Shown: positions 8,792 to 19,326, numbered from the stretch's first letter. The stretch: 54,966 bases of DNA from a virus (IMGVR_UViG_3300014208_000051:1-54966); one strand, 5' to 3'. Numbers and translations are program-made. Notes: a model not told the origin generated them from the letters alone.

Positions 8792-9199
8792 ATGGAACTA
8801 TTAGAACGAGCAGACGCATACATGAATATGGGTGATTTAGATCAAAATCAGCAAAGGATAACACCAGATTCGGAAATTGGTGATATAAAACCGGAGGATT
8901 ATGGATATACAGAAGAAATGTCAAGGACTAATAAGGAATTGGGGGCATTGATGTCGATGGTTGCACATGGAATATTGGGATGGTCAACAGGTCAGAAGGG
9001 GTTAGATTTGGTAATGCAGAGTGAATCGTTATCTGACAGTACGAAGCAATACATTAAGGATATGGTTGACCAGATGAGTCAAGAAAGTTCGGGTTCAGAT
9101 GACCATAGTGATTCATCTAACATAGAGTCGGATCACACATATTTACAGGAAGAAGTAAAGAAGAAGATAAGAGCAAATTTCAAGAGATTTATGTTATAA
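8792..9199 (+). CDS. hypothetical acidic protein
   Basis: TATTTATA upstream; start MELLER; terminator hairpin at ~9197-9228. Confidence 0.7.
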   Translation: MELLERADAYMNMGDLDQNQQRITPDSEIGDIKPEDYGYTEEMSRTNKELGALMSMVAHGILGWSTGQKGLDLVMQSESLSDSTKQYIKDMVDQMSQESSGSDDHSDSSNIESDHTYLQEEVKKKIRANFKRFML

Positions 9200-9227
9200 A
9201 ATAAAAGGGTGTATACACCCTTTTATT

Positions 9228-9425
9228 TTAACGTGGTCCAGTATATGGTTTTTGATGGATTGTTTTATAATAAATGGTAATTACAATATACGTACTATCA
9301 AATTTATTATAAGATGAAGATTGGGTTGTGTTAATAATTTTAATATTTTGGATTGTATTCGTCCATTCGTTGATATCGTTTTCAAGTTGTTGGATATCCG
9401 CGTTTTTAAAAATTTTTACTTTCAT
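9228..9425 (-). CDS. Cse60/DUF2758-like small protein
   Basis: MKVKIF...LENDINEW...I+Y pattern. Confidence 0.55.
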   Translation of the reverse strand: MKVKIFKNADIQQLENDINEWTNTIQNIKIINTTQSSSYNKFDSTYIVITIYYKTIHQKPYTGPR

Positions 9426-9426
9426 A

Positions 9427-9717
9427 TTAATCGTATTTAGGTGGTGTCCATTCTTTATAAGGAATTATTTTTTCTTGGTCATCATTAAGAAGGAATTCAA
9501 GAACTTCCATTACTTTAATATCTTCTTTATGGATATATCCGGTATAGTCCCATTTTTTAGGGTTAGAAATATACTCGGCAAGGGTGCGTAATTCATCTAT
9601 ATCATCTTGTTTATACTGTATTTTGTTTTTAGCATCATGGATGATTTGATTTAATAAACTTCCCCTGATTTCAGCGAGAAGTTTATAAGCTTTCAGTTCC
9701 ATTTTTTCGTTACTCAT
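9427..9717 (-). CDS. hypothetical protein
   Basis: likely start MSNEKM overlapping the upstream stop. Confidence 0.5.
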   Translation of the reverse strand: MSNEKMELKAYKLLAEIRGSLLNQIIHDAKNKIQYKQDDIDELRTLAEYISNPKKWDYTGYIHKEDIKVMEVLEFLLNDDQEKIIPYKEWTPPKYD

Positions 9718-10033
9718 GACCGCAAGGGTTTTCGTCCCAGTTCCAGTCGGGATATTGGTTATGTTGGATATTGTCGTATTTATTTTTCTTAAACCAGTTA
9801 ATACCTTCTTCGGTAATTTTATAGTCCGGGTTATCACAAGGTAAATTTAGAACTGCTTGGCAGTAGTGAGCGAAAGCGGTGACCATAATTTCCCCGCAGA
9901 ATCCGTATATTTTGGACATAGATTTCACGTATTCTATTGCGATTGGTGATATTTCGCTCATTTTAGTTTCCATCATAGTAGAAACTACGGACATAGTATC
10001 CTTTTTTTCTTCAGTATTTTTTTCCATATTCAA
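9710..10033 (-). CDS. hypothetical protein
   Basis: 107-aa ORF. Confidence 0.5.
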   Translation of the reverse strand: MNMEKNTEEKKDTMSVVSTMMETKMSEISPIAIEYVKSMSKIYGFCGEIMVTAFAHYCQAVLNLPCDNPDYKITEEGINWFKKNKYDNIQHNQYPDWNWDENPCGHE

Positions 10034-10162
10034 ATTTTGTTATAAATCCAAAAATTCCGAACATAATATACTTGCGTTCTTTCCAAGGGAACATGATTCC
10101 CTTTTTCATCCATAGACCGTTCGAGAACGCTCTTTTGTATTTCCAGTTATTAAGTGGTAGTT

Positions 10163-10387
10163 TCATAATTTTTCCCCCCATTTATCGAAGATATAAAATA
10201 TAAGACCGCCAGCGAGCATCATAAAGACCCAACCAATTGAAAGGCCAGTAAAAGTAGTCCATCCATCAGCGTCATCATATCTGACGCTGTATGGATTTCC
10301 TTTTAGTATGTAGAAAACTATTGTGTTCGAAATGAATATTACGGACAAAATGATTGCAACTAATTTACCTTTTGTTAATTCTTTCAT
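10163..10387 (-). CDS. small membrane protein
   Basis: two hydrophobic segments. Confidence 0.6.
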   Translation of the reverse strand: MKELTKGKLVAIILSVIFISNTIVFYILKGNPYSVRYDDADGWTTFTGLSIGWVFMMLAGGLIFYIFDKWGEKL

Positions 10388-10473
10388 CTAGTATTGTTTT
10401 ATAATAAACTAATAGAAGAATAGGGTGACGCTCCAGTTAACAGATTTAATATATTTGGTAAAGAACTTTTTCA

Positions 10474-11043
10474 TTACGCTAGTTTTTTACCGTTAGTAAG
10501 TTCTTTCAGGAAGGCAGTTTTTGGTCCACCGATTAGTTCTAACCATTCTTCATAATATTCAGGGAATATTCTTTTATAGTCGGAATTAGTTAAAGATTTC
10601 AGACCTTTTTCTTTTTCTTTAGAAATAGTTTTTCTAGCTTCAGGATACATTTTAATGTTCATGACGAAATCGATAAAATCGGGATACAAATCTTTATTGA
10701 AAACTTGTTCGTCACAGATGAAGCAAATGGCGGTCATTGCGTCGTTTAAATCAGGTTCGAAGAATTTTTCCACGTCAATTTTATCGTCTAGACGTGCTTC
10801 CACGTTATAGAATAAGATAGAGTCGTAGATTTGGTTTAACGATCCTTTATTTAGACCTTGGTAACCGACATTGGTAGTACCACCGTTCAGTACAATCCAT
10901 GTTTTCCAGTTGTTCACGAAATCTTGGAACAATTCCGAGTCGTGAAATCTGTTTGCGTATTCTAGGGCTGCGTGGCCGCATTGGATACCTTGTTGAATTC
11001 CCGTTAATTGGTACGGGACAAAAAAATACATTCTTTTTTCCAT
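10474..11043 (-). CDS. phage peptidyl-tRNA hydrolase 2-like protein
   Basis: QxGHA, KTWIVL and FFEPDLNDAMTAI motifs of the Pth2-like fold. Confidence 0.7.
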   Translation of the reverse strand: MEKRMYFFVPYQLTGIQQGIQCGHAALEYANRFHDSELFQDFVNNWKTWIVLNGGTTNVGYQGLNKGSLNQIYDSILFYNVEARLDDKIDVEKFFEPDLNDAMTAICFICDEQVFNKDLYPDFIDFVMNIKMYPEARKTISKEKEKGLKSLTNSDYKRIFPEYYEEWLELIGGPKTAFLKELTNGKKLA

Positions 11044-11045
11044 AA

Positions 11046-11537
11046 TTAATCTCCTACTGTAATGTTAGTACCTTCCCACACGAATTCCGATACGGGTAAA
11101 TGTTTTTGACAATGTACACAATACGTTGCTCCATAGAAACTTGGGTTTCTTGCATAAGTTTCTGACAAAGCTTGTCCCATTCTTGTTGAAGTGTTACAAC
11201 CGCCAGTTCGTTTATCAAATTGGTATGCGGTTAATTCTTCCTGTGTAACATAAGTTCCGCCTAGAAAACTTCCATCTTCTCTTGTCAACACAGTCATAAC
11301 TGCCACGTATTTTTTATCCGGATTTTCCTTTTGTTCTTCTTCAGTTAACATTCGATGAATTCCTTTGTAGTGTGAATGTGATTTACCTACGTGAACATAG
11401 GAATTTCTAACGGGACGGACAAAACCTTTAGCTCTTTCTTCTTCAGAAAGGACGAGATAGGTTTCGCATTGTGGACCAGGTTCGTCATCGACGCCACGGC
11501 ACAATCTTGGGTCATTTGGGTCTGTTGTTAAGCTCAT
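11046..11537 (-). CDS. conserved phage hypothetical protein with CxxC
   Basis: YLVLSEEERAKGFVRPVR...YGATYCVHC. Confidence 0.8.
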   Translation of the reverse strand: MSLTTDPNDPRLCRGVDDEPGPQCETYLVLSEEERAKGFVRPVRNSYVHVGKSHSHYKGIHRMLTEEEQKENPDKKYVAVMTVLTREDGSFLGGTYVTQEELTAYQFDKRTGGCNTSTRMGQALSETYARNPSFYGATYCVHCQKHLPVSEFVWEGTNITVGD

Positions 11538-11555
11538 AATATTAATTTTTATTAG

Positions 11556-11657
11556 TGATTAAGACAGGACTCGAACCTGTATGGTATCTTTTGGACTTAC
11601 ATCAGCTTTAGGCTGAAATGCGAATACCACCTGCGTCTACCCTTCCGCCACTTAATC
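11556..11657 (-). ncRNA. tRNA-like RNA with Leu-type D and T arms and an enlarged central arm
   Basis: acceptor GATTAAG/CTTAATC, TGGCGGAAGGGTAGACGC, ACAGGTTCGAGTCCTGT; no 7-nt anticodon loop. Confidence 0.6.
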
Positions 11658-11662
11658 GAAAA

Positions 11663-11775
11663 TAGTCAGAGAAGTTTTGATTCTTCATTACACCTGACGA
11701 TTGACCTGTCACAATCATCTTGTTTCCGTAGTGTATCTGTGCGTCCACAAGCGTCTAACTTTCCGCCATCTGACT
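11663..11775 (-). ncRNA. second tRNA-like RNA with an inserted domain
   Basis: acceptor AGTCAGA/TCTGACT, TGGCGGAAAGTTAGACGC, degenerate T arm. Confidence 0.5.
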
Positions 11776-11914
11776 ATATGTGCTGTCTTTCCAAGCTGTC
11801 ACGATTGTATCCGTGTCTGACAATTGTTTTGCCACTCATAGCCTCACGGGTTTCGGGGGATGTCTACCTGATTACACATCACCATTCCTACTAGCAGGGG
11901 AATATATTTTAAAA

Positions 11915-12117
11915 AACTACTTGTCCATTTCTAAGTGAAATATTTTCATTGGTTTCCTCATGAGATAAAACCCTGACGGATTAAATCACCTCCACCATTA
12001 CTTCTATCTGACCACAAACAACGTTACTTAGCTAACTAGTATTTACCAGTACATCGAAAAGATTTCGTGGCTGTTTATTTTACAACACTCATACCTGTTT
12101 GAATTCAGCAAGTAGTT
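11915..12117 (-). ncRNA. candidate ~200-nt structured RNA
   Basis: closed by aactacttg/caagtagtt, internal hairpins, boxA-like motif just upstream. Confidence 0.4.
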
Positions 12118-12385
12118 TATATTTTAAAGAACAAAAATGGTTTTTCGCTTTCACCATAAAACGGGTTACGCGACTTCCCTTGATTTCGGATGTGTAACTC
12201 CACAGGTATCCTATTAAGATGTCGTTTGAATTGGGTGTTGTTACTTTCATCGGTACAAATATAAGAATAGTTTTTGAAATAACAAAATAAAATCTAAAAA
12301 AATTATAAAGATGGAATAATAAACTTTAAGTTTTAGGAAGAAGACTTGAAATCATCTATGAATATTTTATGGCAATTGAATATTT

Positions 12386-13681
12386 ATGGTTATGAAAATA
12401 AAGTTATCAGAGTCACAAATACATCTTATAAATGAATTGGTTGGCACAAGTCATTATGAAGAACGTTATGATGAAAGGTTTAATAATATTGATGAATATA
12501 ATGTAATAATAAATGATGATATAAATAATGTTGTTGCAAAATATTACATTAGGGATAGAGAAAGGGATATAATTAATGATAATATTAATTTTGTTGAAAA
12601 GATAGATAATGTTCCTATTGATGTAAGTGCTGCTATAATTGTACATGAATTTAAATTTAATGAGAATAACATAACATTTGTTGGTTTTACGGAAGAAGAT
12701 AGAAAAGTAAATAGAAATAGATTTAACTTATCGTCATCACGTACCTTATCAGTTATGGATTCAAAAATAAAAGGTAAGGGATCAATTGGAAAATTTTTAG
12801 TTATGATAATTTATAAAAATACTATTCAAACTATATTTTTATCAAAATATGATAACGATTCATATCTTTTAAAAAGGTTAAGTGATTATAATGATAAAAA
12901 CAGATTAGTGGTTATTCATACATTGGACAGTTTTCAGGAAAAGATAAAAAATGCAAAGACTTATAATGATATTATGTCGGCATCAATTAAACAAATCAAA
13001 AATGATCCTATTAAAGATAGTGATATTAATAAACAAGACGATAAAGAGAAAAAACGTCAATATTATTTAAATTCAATAAATAAAAATATGAAAATTAAAT
13101 TAACTGAATCACAAATAATTAATATCTTATCGGAAATTTCAGATAACGATATATTGAATCATATATTGGACAAAATAAATTCAGATGGAATTGAATCGTT
13201 AAGTCCTGAAGATAAAATAAAACTAAGGCAATTATCTGGTGAAAAGGTAAAAATGCCTGAGCCTGAAGTGGTTCAGGATAAGATTATAAACAATGAGGAG
13301 AATGAAATTAGATTTGCTTCATTGAATTTCATTGATAATTTTCCGACGGATATAAATCTTAATTTTAACGGAAGGGATTTTCATGCTGAAGTTAATGATA
13401 TTGACTTCGGTGATGTTGAGGATGATTATGATCCGACTGAAAGTAATTTCATTATATTATCGGATGGTGAAACAATCGTTAAAATATATCCATTTTACAA
13501 TAATACTAGAGAATTTAGAATATTAAGCAACAACGGATATAAAAAATCAGTTAAATTTAACGCTGAAATACCTTCAAATGAAGAATCGACAAAATTATTT
13601 GTTAGATTTTTTATTAAAAAAACTTTACCTAAAACAATGCAAGATGTTATAAATCACCATGATAAAGGGGAAGTTAGATGA
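12386..13681 (+). CDS. hypothetical protein with two MKIKL(S/T)ESQI motifs
   Basis: 431-aa ORF; internal repeat of the N-terminal motif. Confidence 0.75.
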   Translation: MVMKIKLSESQIHLINELVGTSHYEERYDERFNNIDEYNVIINDDINNVVAKYYIRDRERDIINDNINFVEKIDNVPIDVSAAIIVHEFKFNENNITFVGFTEEDRKVNRNRFNLSSSRTLSVMDSKIKGKGSIGKFLVMIIYKNTIQTIFLSKYDNDSYLLKRLSDYNDKNRLVVIHTLDSFQEKIKNAKTYNDIMSASIKQIKNDPIKDSDINKQDDKEKKRQYYLNSINKNMKIKLTESQIINILSEISDNDILNHILDKINSDGIESLSPEDKIKLRQLSGEKVKMPEPEVVQDKIINNEENEIRFASLNFIDNFPTDINLNFNGRDFHAEVNDIDFGDVEDDYDPTESNFIILSDGETIVKIYPFYNNTREFRILSNNGYKKSVKFNAEIPSNEESTKLFVRFFIKKTLPKTMQDVINHHDKGEVR

Positions 13682-14076
13682 AATTAATTGATATTTTAAA
13701 CGAACAAACAATTGGATACACCCCTGAAAAAATGGATCAATTTCTTGCCGAAGCAAGGGATTACGTTGTTAAGTTTAAAAAGTTATATGATTCAACGTAT
13801 AATTTTGTGGTAAATTTGACGATAAAAGATTGTATTGACAATATGGAAGAAACTAAAGTTAAGCTTAATAGGTTAGAAGAGTTTAAAACTATTATCAACA
13901 CTAAATACGATAGATATTATCAAATTATAGACACATTTGAGGTTGGTGAATATCCACAAAATGTAACTGAATTCTCACGTTCAGTAGATGAAATAGATTC
14001 TTTAATGTCAAGTTTCGATAATTTATTGGATGCGTTGAAGGATATCATCAGTAATTCAGATTATATCAGCCGATAA
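13678..14076 (+). CDS. hypothetical helical protein
   Basis: ATGA overlap with upstream gene; MKLIDILNEQ. Confidence 0.75.
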   Translation: MKLIDILNEQTIGYTPEKMDQFLAEARDYVVKFKKLYDSTYNFVVNLTIKDCIDNMEETKVKLNRLEEFKTIINTKYDRYYQIIDTFEVGEYPQNVTEFSRSVDEIDSLMSSFDNLLDALKDIISNSDYISR

Positions 14077-14136
14077 TTTTGTTATTTCAAAAAAAAATTC
14101 ATATCTTTGCGTTTTAACACGTAAAATAGAATAGAT

Positions 14137-14814
14137 ATGAGAATTACATTCATTTCAGACAGTCACAATCAGCATAAGAAGTTAAATGAAGATTTACCAG
14201 GTGGCGATTTAATATTACATGGCGGTGACATCAGTAGTATGGGATATCAACATGAGATAAGGGAATTTTGTGCTTGGTACAATAAATTAAGTTCATATGA
14301 AAATAAGGTTTTCATTAGTGGGAATCACGATTTTGGGTTTCAAAAGGATCCAGTTAAAGCTCGTGAAATTATTGATTTCTATGAAAAAATCACATATTTA
14401 CAGGATAATTCTGTAACCATTAATGGTGTTAAGATATGGGGGAGTCCTTGGCAACCTTGGTTCTGTGATTGGGCGTTTAATTTACCAAGAGAAGGTGAAG
14501 AATTGAAAGCAAAGTGGGATATGATTCCAGAAGACACCGATATTTTAATAACTCACGGGCCTCCTTATGGTTTTAATGATGTTGTTGAACATAGATATGA
14601 TCATTTAGGGTGTGAATTACTAACTGAAAGGTTAAAGATTGTTAAACCTAAGATACATATTTTCGGTCATATACATAGTGGACGTAACATATTCGAACAA
14701 AATGGTACACTTTTCGTTAATGCTTCTGTATTAAATGAACAATATCGTTACAGTTATAAACCTTTTACTATTGATTACGATTTTGACACAAATAAATGGG
14801 AGTTTGTTGATTAA
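14137..14814 (+). CDS. metallophosphoesterase (calcineurin-like)
   Basis: DSH, GD, GNHD, THGPP, GHIH motifs. Confidence 0.92.
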   Translation: MRITFISDSHNQHKKLNEDLPGGDLILHGGDISSMGYQHEIREFCAWYNKLSSYENKVFISGNHDFGFQKDPVKAREIIDFYEKITYLQDNSVTINGVKIWGSPWQPWFCDWAFNLPREGEELKAKWDMIPEDTDILITHGPPYGFNDVVEHRYDHLGCELLTERLKIVKPKIHIFGHIHSGRNIFEQNGTLFVNASVLNEQYRYSYKPFTIDYDFDTNKWEFVD

Positions 14815-14860
14815 TAAAGCTTTTCTGTTGTATTTATAATTACAGTAAATCGTACAATAA

Positions 14861-15103
14861 ATGAGCATTATAAAAACTCCTACGTTAACAGTTTGTTCGT
14901 ATTCGTATTTAAAGGGAATGTTAGATATATTCGATGAAGCCGTATCTAAAGACCCAACTATTAGTACTGAAGAAAACAGATGTCTTCGAAAAAAATTCGA
15001 TGGTGTGTTGAATCGATCTTTTTTAAAAATATGTGTTTATAACTCACGGAAATTATTAGAAGAATGTAAACAGATTTGTAAATGTAAACCCCCCCTTGGA
15101 TAA
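14861..15103 (+). CDS. hypothetical protein
   Basis: 80 aa, TATTTATA upstream. Confidence 0.45.
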   Translation: MSIIKTPTLTVCSYSYLKGMLDIFDEAVSKDPTISTEENRCLRKKFDGVLNRSFLKICVYNSRKLLEECKQICKCKPPLG

Positions 15104-15187
15104 GGTTTTTTTTTGCAATAAAGTAGCCGAACTGTAACCGATATGTAACACCATATGTGTATATTTGTGTAATTATAAATAAAACAT

Positions 15188-15433
15188 ATGAAGTCACTTT
15201 TATTATCATTTTTAGTTTATTACACATTAAGTACAGGAGGAATTAATGGAAAAATTATTGATAAGAATACGTCAGAAGAATTAGCTGGGGTAATGGTTAT
15301 TATCAATAAACAAGACACCACTTATACGGATTTAGACGGTAAATTTCATTTCAAGAATATCGACACAATTAAAACGATTGATTTGAAGTATCCATCTTAC
15401 GAAAAAAATGACTTTATTTTATTGAATAGATAA
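15188..15433 (+). CDS. carboxypeptidase-regulatory-like domain secreted protein
   Basis: signal peptide plus GKIIDKNTSEELAGV...TDLDGKF, typical of Bacteroidota. Confidence 0.7.
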   Translation: MKSLLLSFLVYYTLSTGGINGKIIDKNTSEELAGVMVIINKQDTTYTDLDGKFHFKNIDTIKTIDLKYPSYEKNDFILLNR

Positions 15434-16003
15434 ATCGTAATTTTCTATTTTGTCATTTGGTTTAATGACAATATAGTTTACTATCTTCTTCATGTTATAT
15501 AAAACCATCATTTTTTCACCCCATCCATAAGGATTATTGACGATATCATAGTCAATATTGTTATCTACCAGGAATTGTCTTAGATGTTGTGTATATGATG
15601 GTTTTATTACATTATTATTCAATATTATATTGTTAAAAATATACGCTTTTATTTGTCTATTATTAGTAAATTTGGAAATGCGTTCGATAACTTCTTTTCT
15701 TTTTGATTTTGTAATATATGTTTTGATAAACTCCATAACAATATTAATATCAAGACTGACGGTATTAATATCGACACCGTTTTTAACTGTTACTAAGTAT
15801 AATTTACGACTTCCTTTAGAATATTTCAAAGCGGTATTGTAATGTGTTGTCAGATATAAACCAGGGCCATATTCATATCTTCCATTTTTTTGAGCAATAA
15901 TATCATTATAGTTGTCAAGATTACCACCGTGCCAAAAATTTAAACTATCAGGAATATTTGGTGGAATAATTATATTTTCGTTAAGACAATCAATTAATTT
16001 CAT
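15419..16003 (-). CDS. putative ADP-ribosyltransferase-fold protein
   Basis: FWHGG...YGPGLYLT...ALKY (H-Y-type ART motifs). Confidence 0.65.
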   Translation of the reverse strand: MKLIDCLNENIIIPPNIPDSLNFWHGGNLDNYNDIIAQKNGRYEYGPGLYLTTHYNTALKYSKGSRKLYLVTVKNGVDINTVSLDINIVMEFIKTYITKSKRKEVIERISKFTNNRQIKAYIFNNIILNNNVIKPSYTQHLRQFLVDNNIDYDIVNNPYGWGEKMMVLYNMKKIVNYIVIKPNDKIENYDLSIQ

Positions 16004-16065
16004 ATGAATTTGTAATAACATATAAATATAAATAAAAAAGAGAAATTTCTTCCTCTTTGAACCTT

Positions 16066-16123
16066 GTAATTTATCGGTATTATAACCTATAAAGGTAATT
16101 TATCGGTATTATAACCTATAAAG
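16066..16123. repeat. 29-bp direct tandem duplication
   Basis: gtaatttatcggtattataacctataaag x2. Confidence 0.9.
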
Positions 16124-16127
16124 GTTA

Positions 16128-16931
16128 TTATCCTAATTTATTACCACAATTAGAACAGAATTTGAAAGTAGATTTAATTATTTTCGTTCCACATTCCGTA
16201 CAATATTGTTGTAAATCTTTAGAAGTGATTGGTTGTTGTGATTTTGGTAGGATTTTCCATTCAACATTGTAAAATGAAGAGTATTGGAAGTTTCTACTAC
16301 TAGTTTTAAATGATTGTTTTGAAGAATCACCCTTTTCAACTGTACCAGTTTCAATTTTTCTAGATGTTTGTTCAGGTGGAAATGATTTAGGTAGTTCCAT
16401 ACTTGCCTGACTCATATCCATAATACTCATAGTATCTAAAGTAACCGATGTTTTATTACTACCTAAAACCTGATTTGAATTACAGTTATAATACACGGTA
16501 GGATTAGTTAAAGGAGGCCAAATTGTTAAAGTTGGGGGGTTAACATAAGTTACAGTTGTCCCCCAGTTATAAATTGGTTGTTGTTCATTAAAGAATTCCA
16601 CTTTCACGATACCGTTAAACGCTATTGCTTTTTGTACTTCTATATTACCCCCATTTACCTCGTAGGTTGAATAAACAAACTTGTTATTAGTGTCGATATA
16701 TCTTTCAAGAAAAACTCGTTCACCGGGTCTTAAAACGAGTCCTGCACGGGAAATTGATTTTCCGTTCATACTAACTTGAGCTAAGATGTGATTTGTGGTA
16801 GGGTTGAAGATTTCAACTTCGAAGTTATCCCCGTCATTTAGATAGACGAGTCCATTGAATTGTTTTACTCTTTGCTTACCTTTAGTAATGTAAGCTTCTG
16901 GGTTAGAGTTACCCGTTGCATAATTTTTCAT
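16128..16931 (-). CDS. hypothetical protein with C-terminal zinc ribbon
   Basis: CTECG...FCSNCG. Confidence 0.8.
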   Translation of the reverse strand: MKNYATGNSNPEAYITKGKQRVKQFNGLVYLNDGDNFEVEIFNPTTNHILAQVSMNGKSISRAGLVLRPGERVFLERYIDTNNKFVYSTYEVNGGNIEVQKAIAFNGIVKVEFFNEQQPIYNWGTTVTYVNPPTLTIWPPLTNPTVYYNCNSNQVLGSNKTSVTLDTMSIMDMSQASMELPKSFPPEQTSRKIETGTVEKGDSSKQSFKTSSRNFQYSSFYNVEWKILPKSQQPITSKDLQQYCTECGTKIIKSTFKFCSNCGNKLG

Positions 16932-17083
16932 ACTTTCCTTATTTATTTGTTATTTTAATTTTTATTTGTTGGTCTTTCTCCAACTCGAATGTCTCAAGGA
17001 CACTAAAAATTAAACCACAAGGTTCAAGAATAAATATACATATAATTTGTAATAAAGTCAATGATATTTATATTAAAAAGGAT

Positions 17084-17686
17084 ATGAGCTTAAACATTGA
17101 AAAATTAAGAGGGAAAGTTCCAGATGTTGTTTTTGGGCAAATAAACACAGTAATAACACTATTTGAAGTAAATACTTCATTAAGAATGTCACATTTTATG
17201 TCGCAATGTGCCCATGAGTCGGGGTTTTTTAAATTAACTGAGGAAAACTTGAATTATTCGGCTAAAGGACTTTTAAGCGTATTTGGAAAATATTTTGATA
17301 AGGACGACGCGCTAGAATATGAAAGACAACCTGAAAGAATAGCATCGAGAGTCTATGCTAATCGAATGGGCAACGGTGATGAGGAAAGTAAAGAAGGTTG
17401 GAAATATCGTGGTAGGGGTTACATTCAATTGACTGGTAGACATAATTACGAAACTTTAGGAAAATTATTAAATGTAGATTTAGTCGAAAGACCTGAATTT
17501 GTTGCTACGAGATACCCATTATTGTCAGCCGCTTGGTTTTGGAAAACAAATGGATTAAATGAAATTGCCGATAGAGGTGACACATTTGAAGTTGTAACAA
17601 AAATAACTAAACGTATCAATGGTGGTATACTCGGTTTAGATGATCGTTATTCATATTTTGAAAAATTCAACAATTTATTAGATTAA
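17084..17686 (+). CDS. glycoside hydrolase family 19 endolysin
   Basis: QCAHES, ENLNYS, YRGRGYIQLTG, ITKRINGG motifs. Confidence 0.93.
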   Translation: MSLNIEKLRGKVPDVVFGQINTVITLFEVNTSLRMSHFMSQCAHESGFFKLTEENLNYSAKGLLSVFGKYFDKDDALEYERQPERIASRVYANRMGNGDEESKEGWKYRGRGYIQLTGRHNYETLGKLLNVDLVERPEFVATRYPLLSAAWFWKTNGLNEIADRGDTFEVVTKITKRINGGILGLDDRYSYFEKFNNLLD

Positions 17687-17693
17687 AAAGGGG

Positions 17694-19283
17694 TTATTTA
17701 ACCCCCTTTATTTCTTTTATATCTATGTCTGAATCTGGTTGGAAGTCCTTCATTTGTTGTGCGGTTTTACCTCTATTTTGTACTTCACTCATTTTTTCGG
17801 TTAACTTTAAAAATCCGTCGTGTGATAACAAATATGATTTAGCTGAAATACCATCAACAGGAAAAACACTATAAAATGATTTATTATCTTCAGTATTTCC
17901 GATGCCAAAAATTTCAAGTAAATAAGGTTTATTGTTTTGATCAAGGATTCCTTGTGATTTTATTTTAGAATAGATCGGCTCATATACGGTTGAACCATTT
18001 TTATACCAATCTCCACGTTCTAAGTTAAAAATACCATATTTTCCATCAGTTTTACTGATATAAATTACGATATTAGGGTTACTAAGACTGATACGACCAG
18101 GTTTATAATCATTTTTAATCAAGTGAGCAAATATTGAACCTACACCATTTTCTACTCCAACATTTTTTAGCCTATTATTAAGTAATGTCCAGTCATTTCC
18201 AACCTTTCTAACTTCATTTAAGAATTGATAATTACCAAATCTTGACACTGCATTATTTGCATTGGTTGCGTTAATATAAATAGCTTTTAATTCACCATCC
18301 ATGGCGACCCATGACAAAGGATTCGTCAATACGCCACCATTATTAATGTATGATTTTTTAAGGTTTTTTTCCTGTCTTCTAAATTCAAATTGTCCTGGAG
18401 CTTCAGTAATTCTACCAATAATACTATGTTCTTTTAATTCATCTTCAGAATATGGTTTATTTCTTATTAAATCCTTAAAATCCCTTAATTTAGGATAAAT
18501 TTCAACGATTTCATTCCATGTTTTACTGTTATCACCATCATTTTTAATAGAAGTTAACACAAATTTCGAAGCACTTGTTGGCGAAAATTGTAGCGCTGAT
18601 AGGAAATATCTATTAATATCGTTGTCATCTTCAATTTCAGGGCTTTTACTTTCATCAATAACAAAATAGAAACTTCTTTGGTAACCGTTCCCACGATATG
18701 TACCCCACATATTTGTTCTACTTTGGTCTTTTCTCCATGTTACACACCAAGGAGCATTGGCGCCTCTGTATAATTTGTTCATTGCCTCCACAAAGTATCC
18801 AAATTTAACGGAGTCTGCTTGATTTTTAATATCGTAAACACGTAATCCGTCAACATTGATGATACAATCTCTTGTACCGAACCATAAGTCTTTTGACGCG
18901 ATGATTTTTTCTTCTGTTGGTTTAGTATCTTTGGGATCGAATACAGTTTGGTCTTCAACATGCTCTAGTTCTTCTAGAGGTGTGTACTCATCGATTAATG
19001 ACTTAATTTGTTTATAAGAATATTTGGTAATATCCTTTAGATTATCGGTATTAAATAGTTCATATCCAAATTGTCCGTCAAAACGATTCAAAAACGAAGA
19101 TACTTGTGGTAATTTTGGATTTAAACCGTTTTTAATTTGTTGAAATCTTTCAAATAATTTTAAGCCTAATTCTTCAGTTATATCCGGATTATCTATTTTC
19201 CATTTATTCATTAAAGAATTAAAAAGTTTTTTATTTTCAACTTGTTCATCTAATATTTTTTCAAATATTTCTTCAATTTTCAT
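17694..19283 (-). CDS. jumbo-phage hypothetical protein with WC-type motif
   Basis: 530-codon ORF; PWCVT...YFVID. Confidence 0.8.
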   Translation of the reverse strand: MKIEEIFEKILDEQVENKKLFNSLMNKWKIDNPDITEELGLKLFERFQQIKNGLNPKLPQVSSFLNRFDGQFGYELFNTDNLKDITKYSYKQIKSLIDEYTPLEELEHVEDQTVFDPKDTKPTEEKIIASKDLWFGTRDCIINVDGLRVYDIKNQADSVKFGYFVEAMNKLYRGANAPWCVTWRKDQSRTNMWGTYRGNGYQRSFYFVIDESKSPEIEDDNDINRYFLSALQFSPTSASKFVLTSIKNDGDNSKTWNEIVEIYPKLRDFKDLIRNKPYSEDELKEHSIIGRITEAPGQFEFRRQEKNLKKSYINNGGVLTNPLSWVAMDGELKAIYINATNANNAVSRFGNYQFLNEVRKVGNDWTLLNNRLKNVGVENGVGSIFAHLIKNDYKPGRISLSNPNIVIYISKTDGKYGIFNLERGDWYKNGSTVYEPIYSKIKSQGILDQNNKPYLLEIFGIGNTEDNKSFYSVFPVDGISAKSYLLSHDGFLKLTEKMSEVQNRGKTAQQMKDFQPDSDIDIKEIKGVK

Positions 19284-19326
19284 AAAACTGTATTTTAATA
19301 TATAAATATTAAAAACAATCAAAAAA

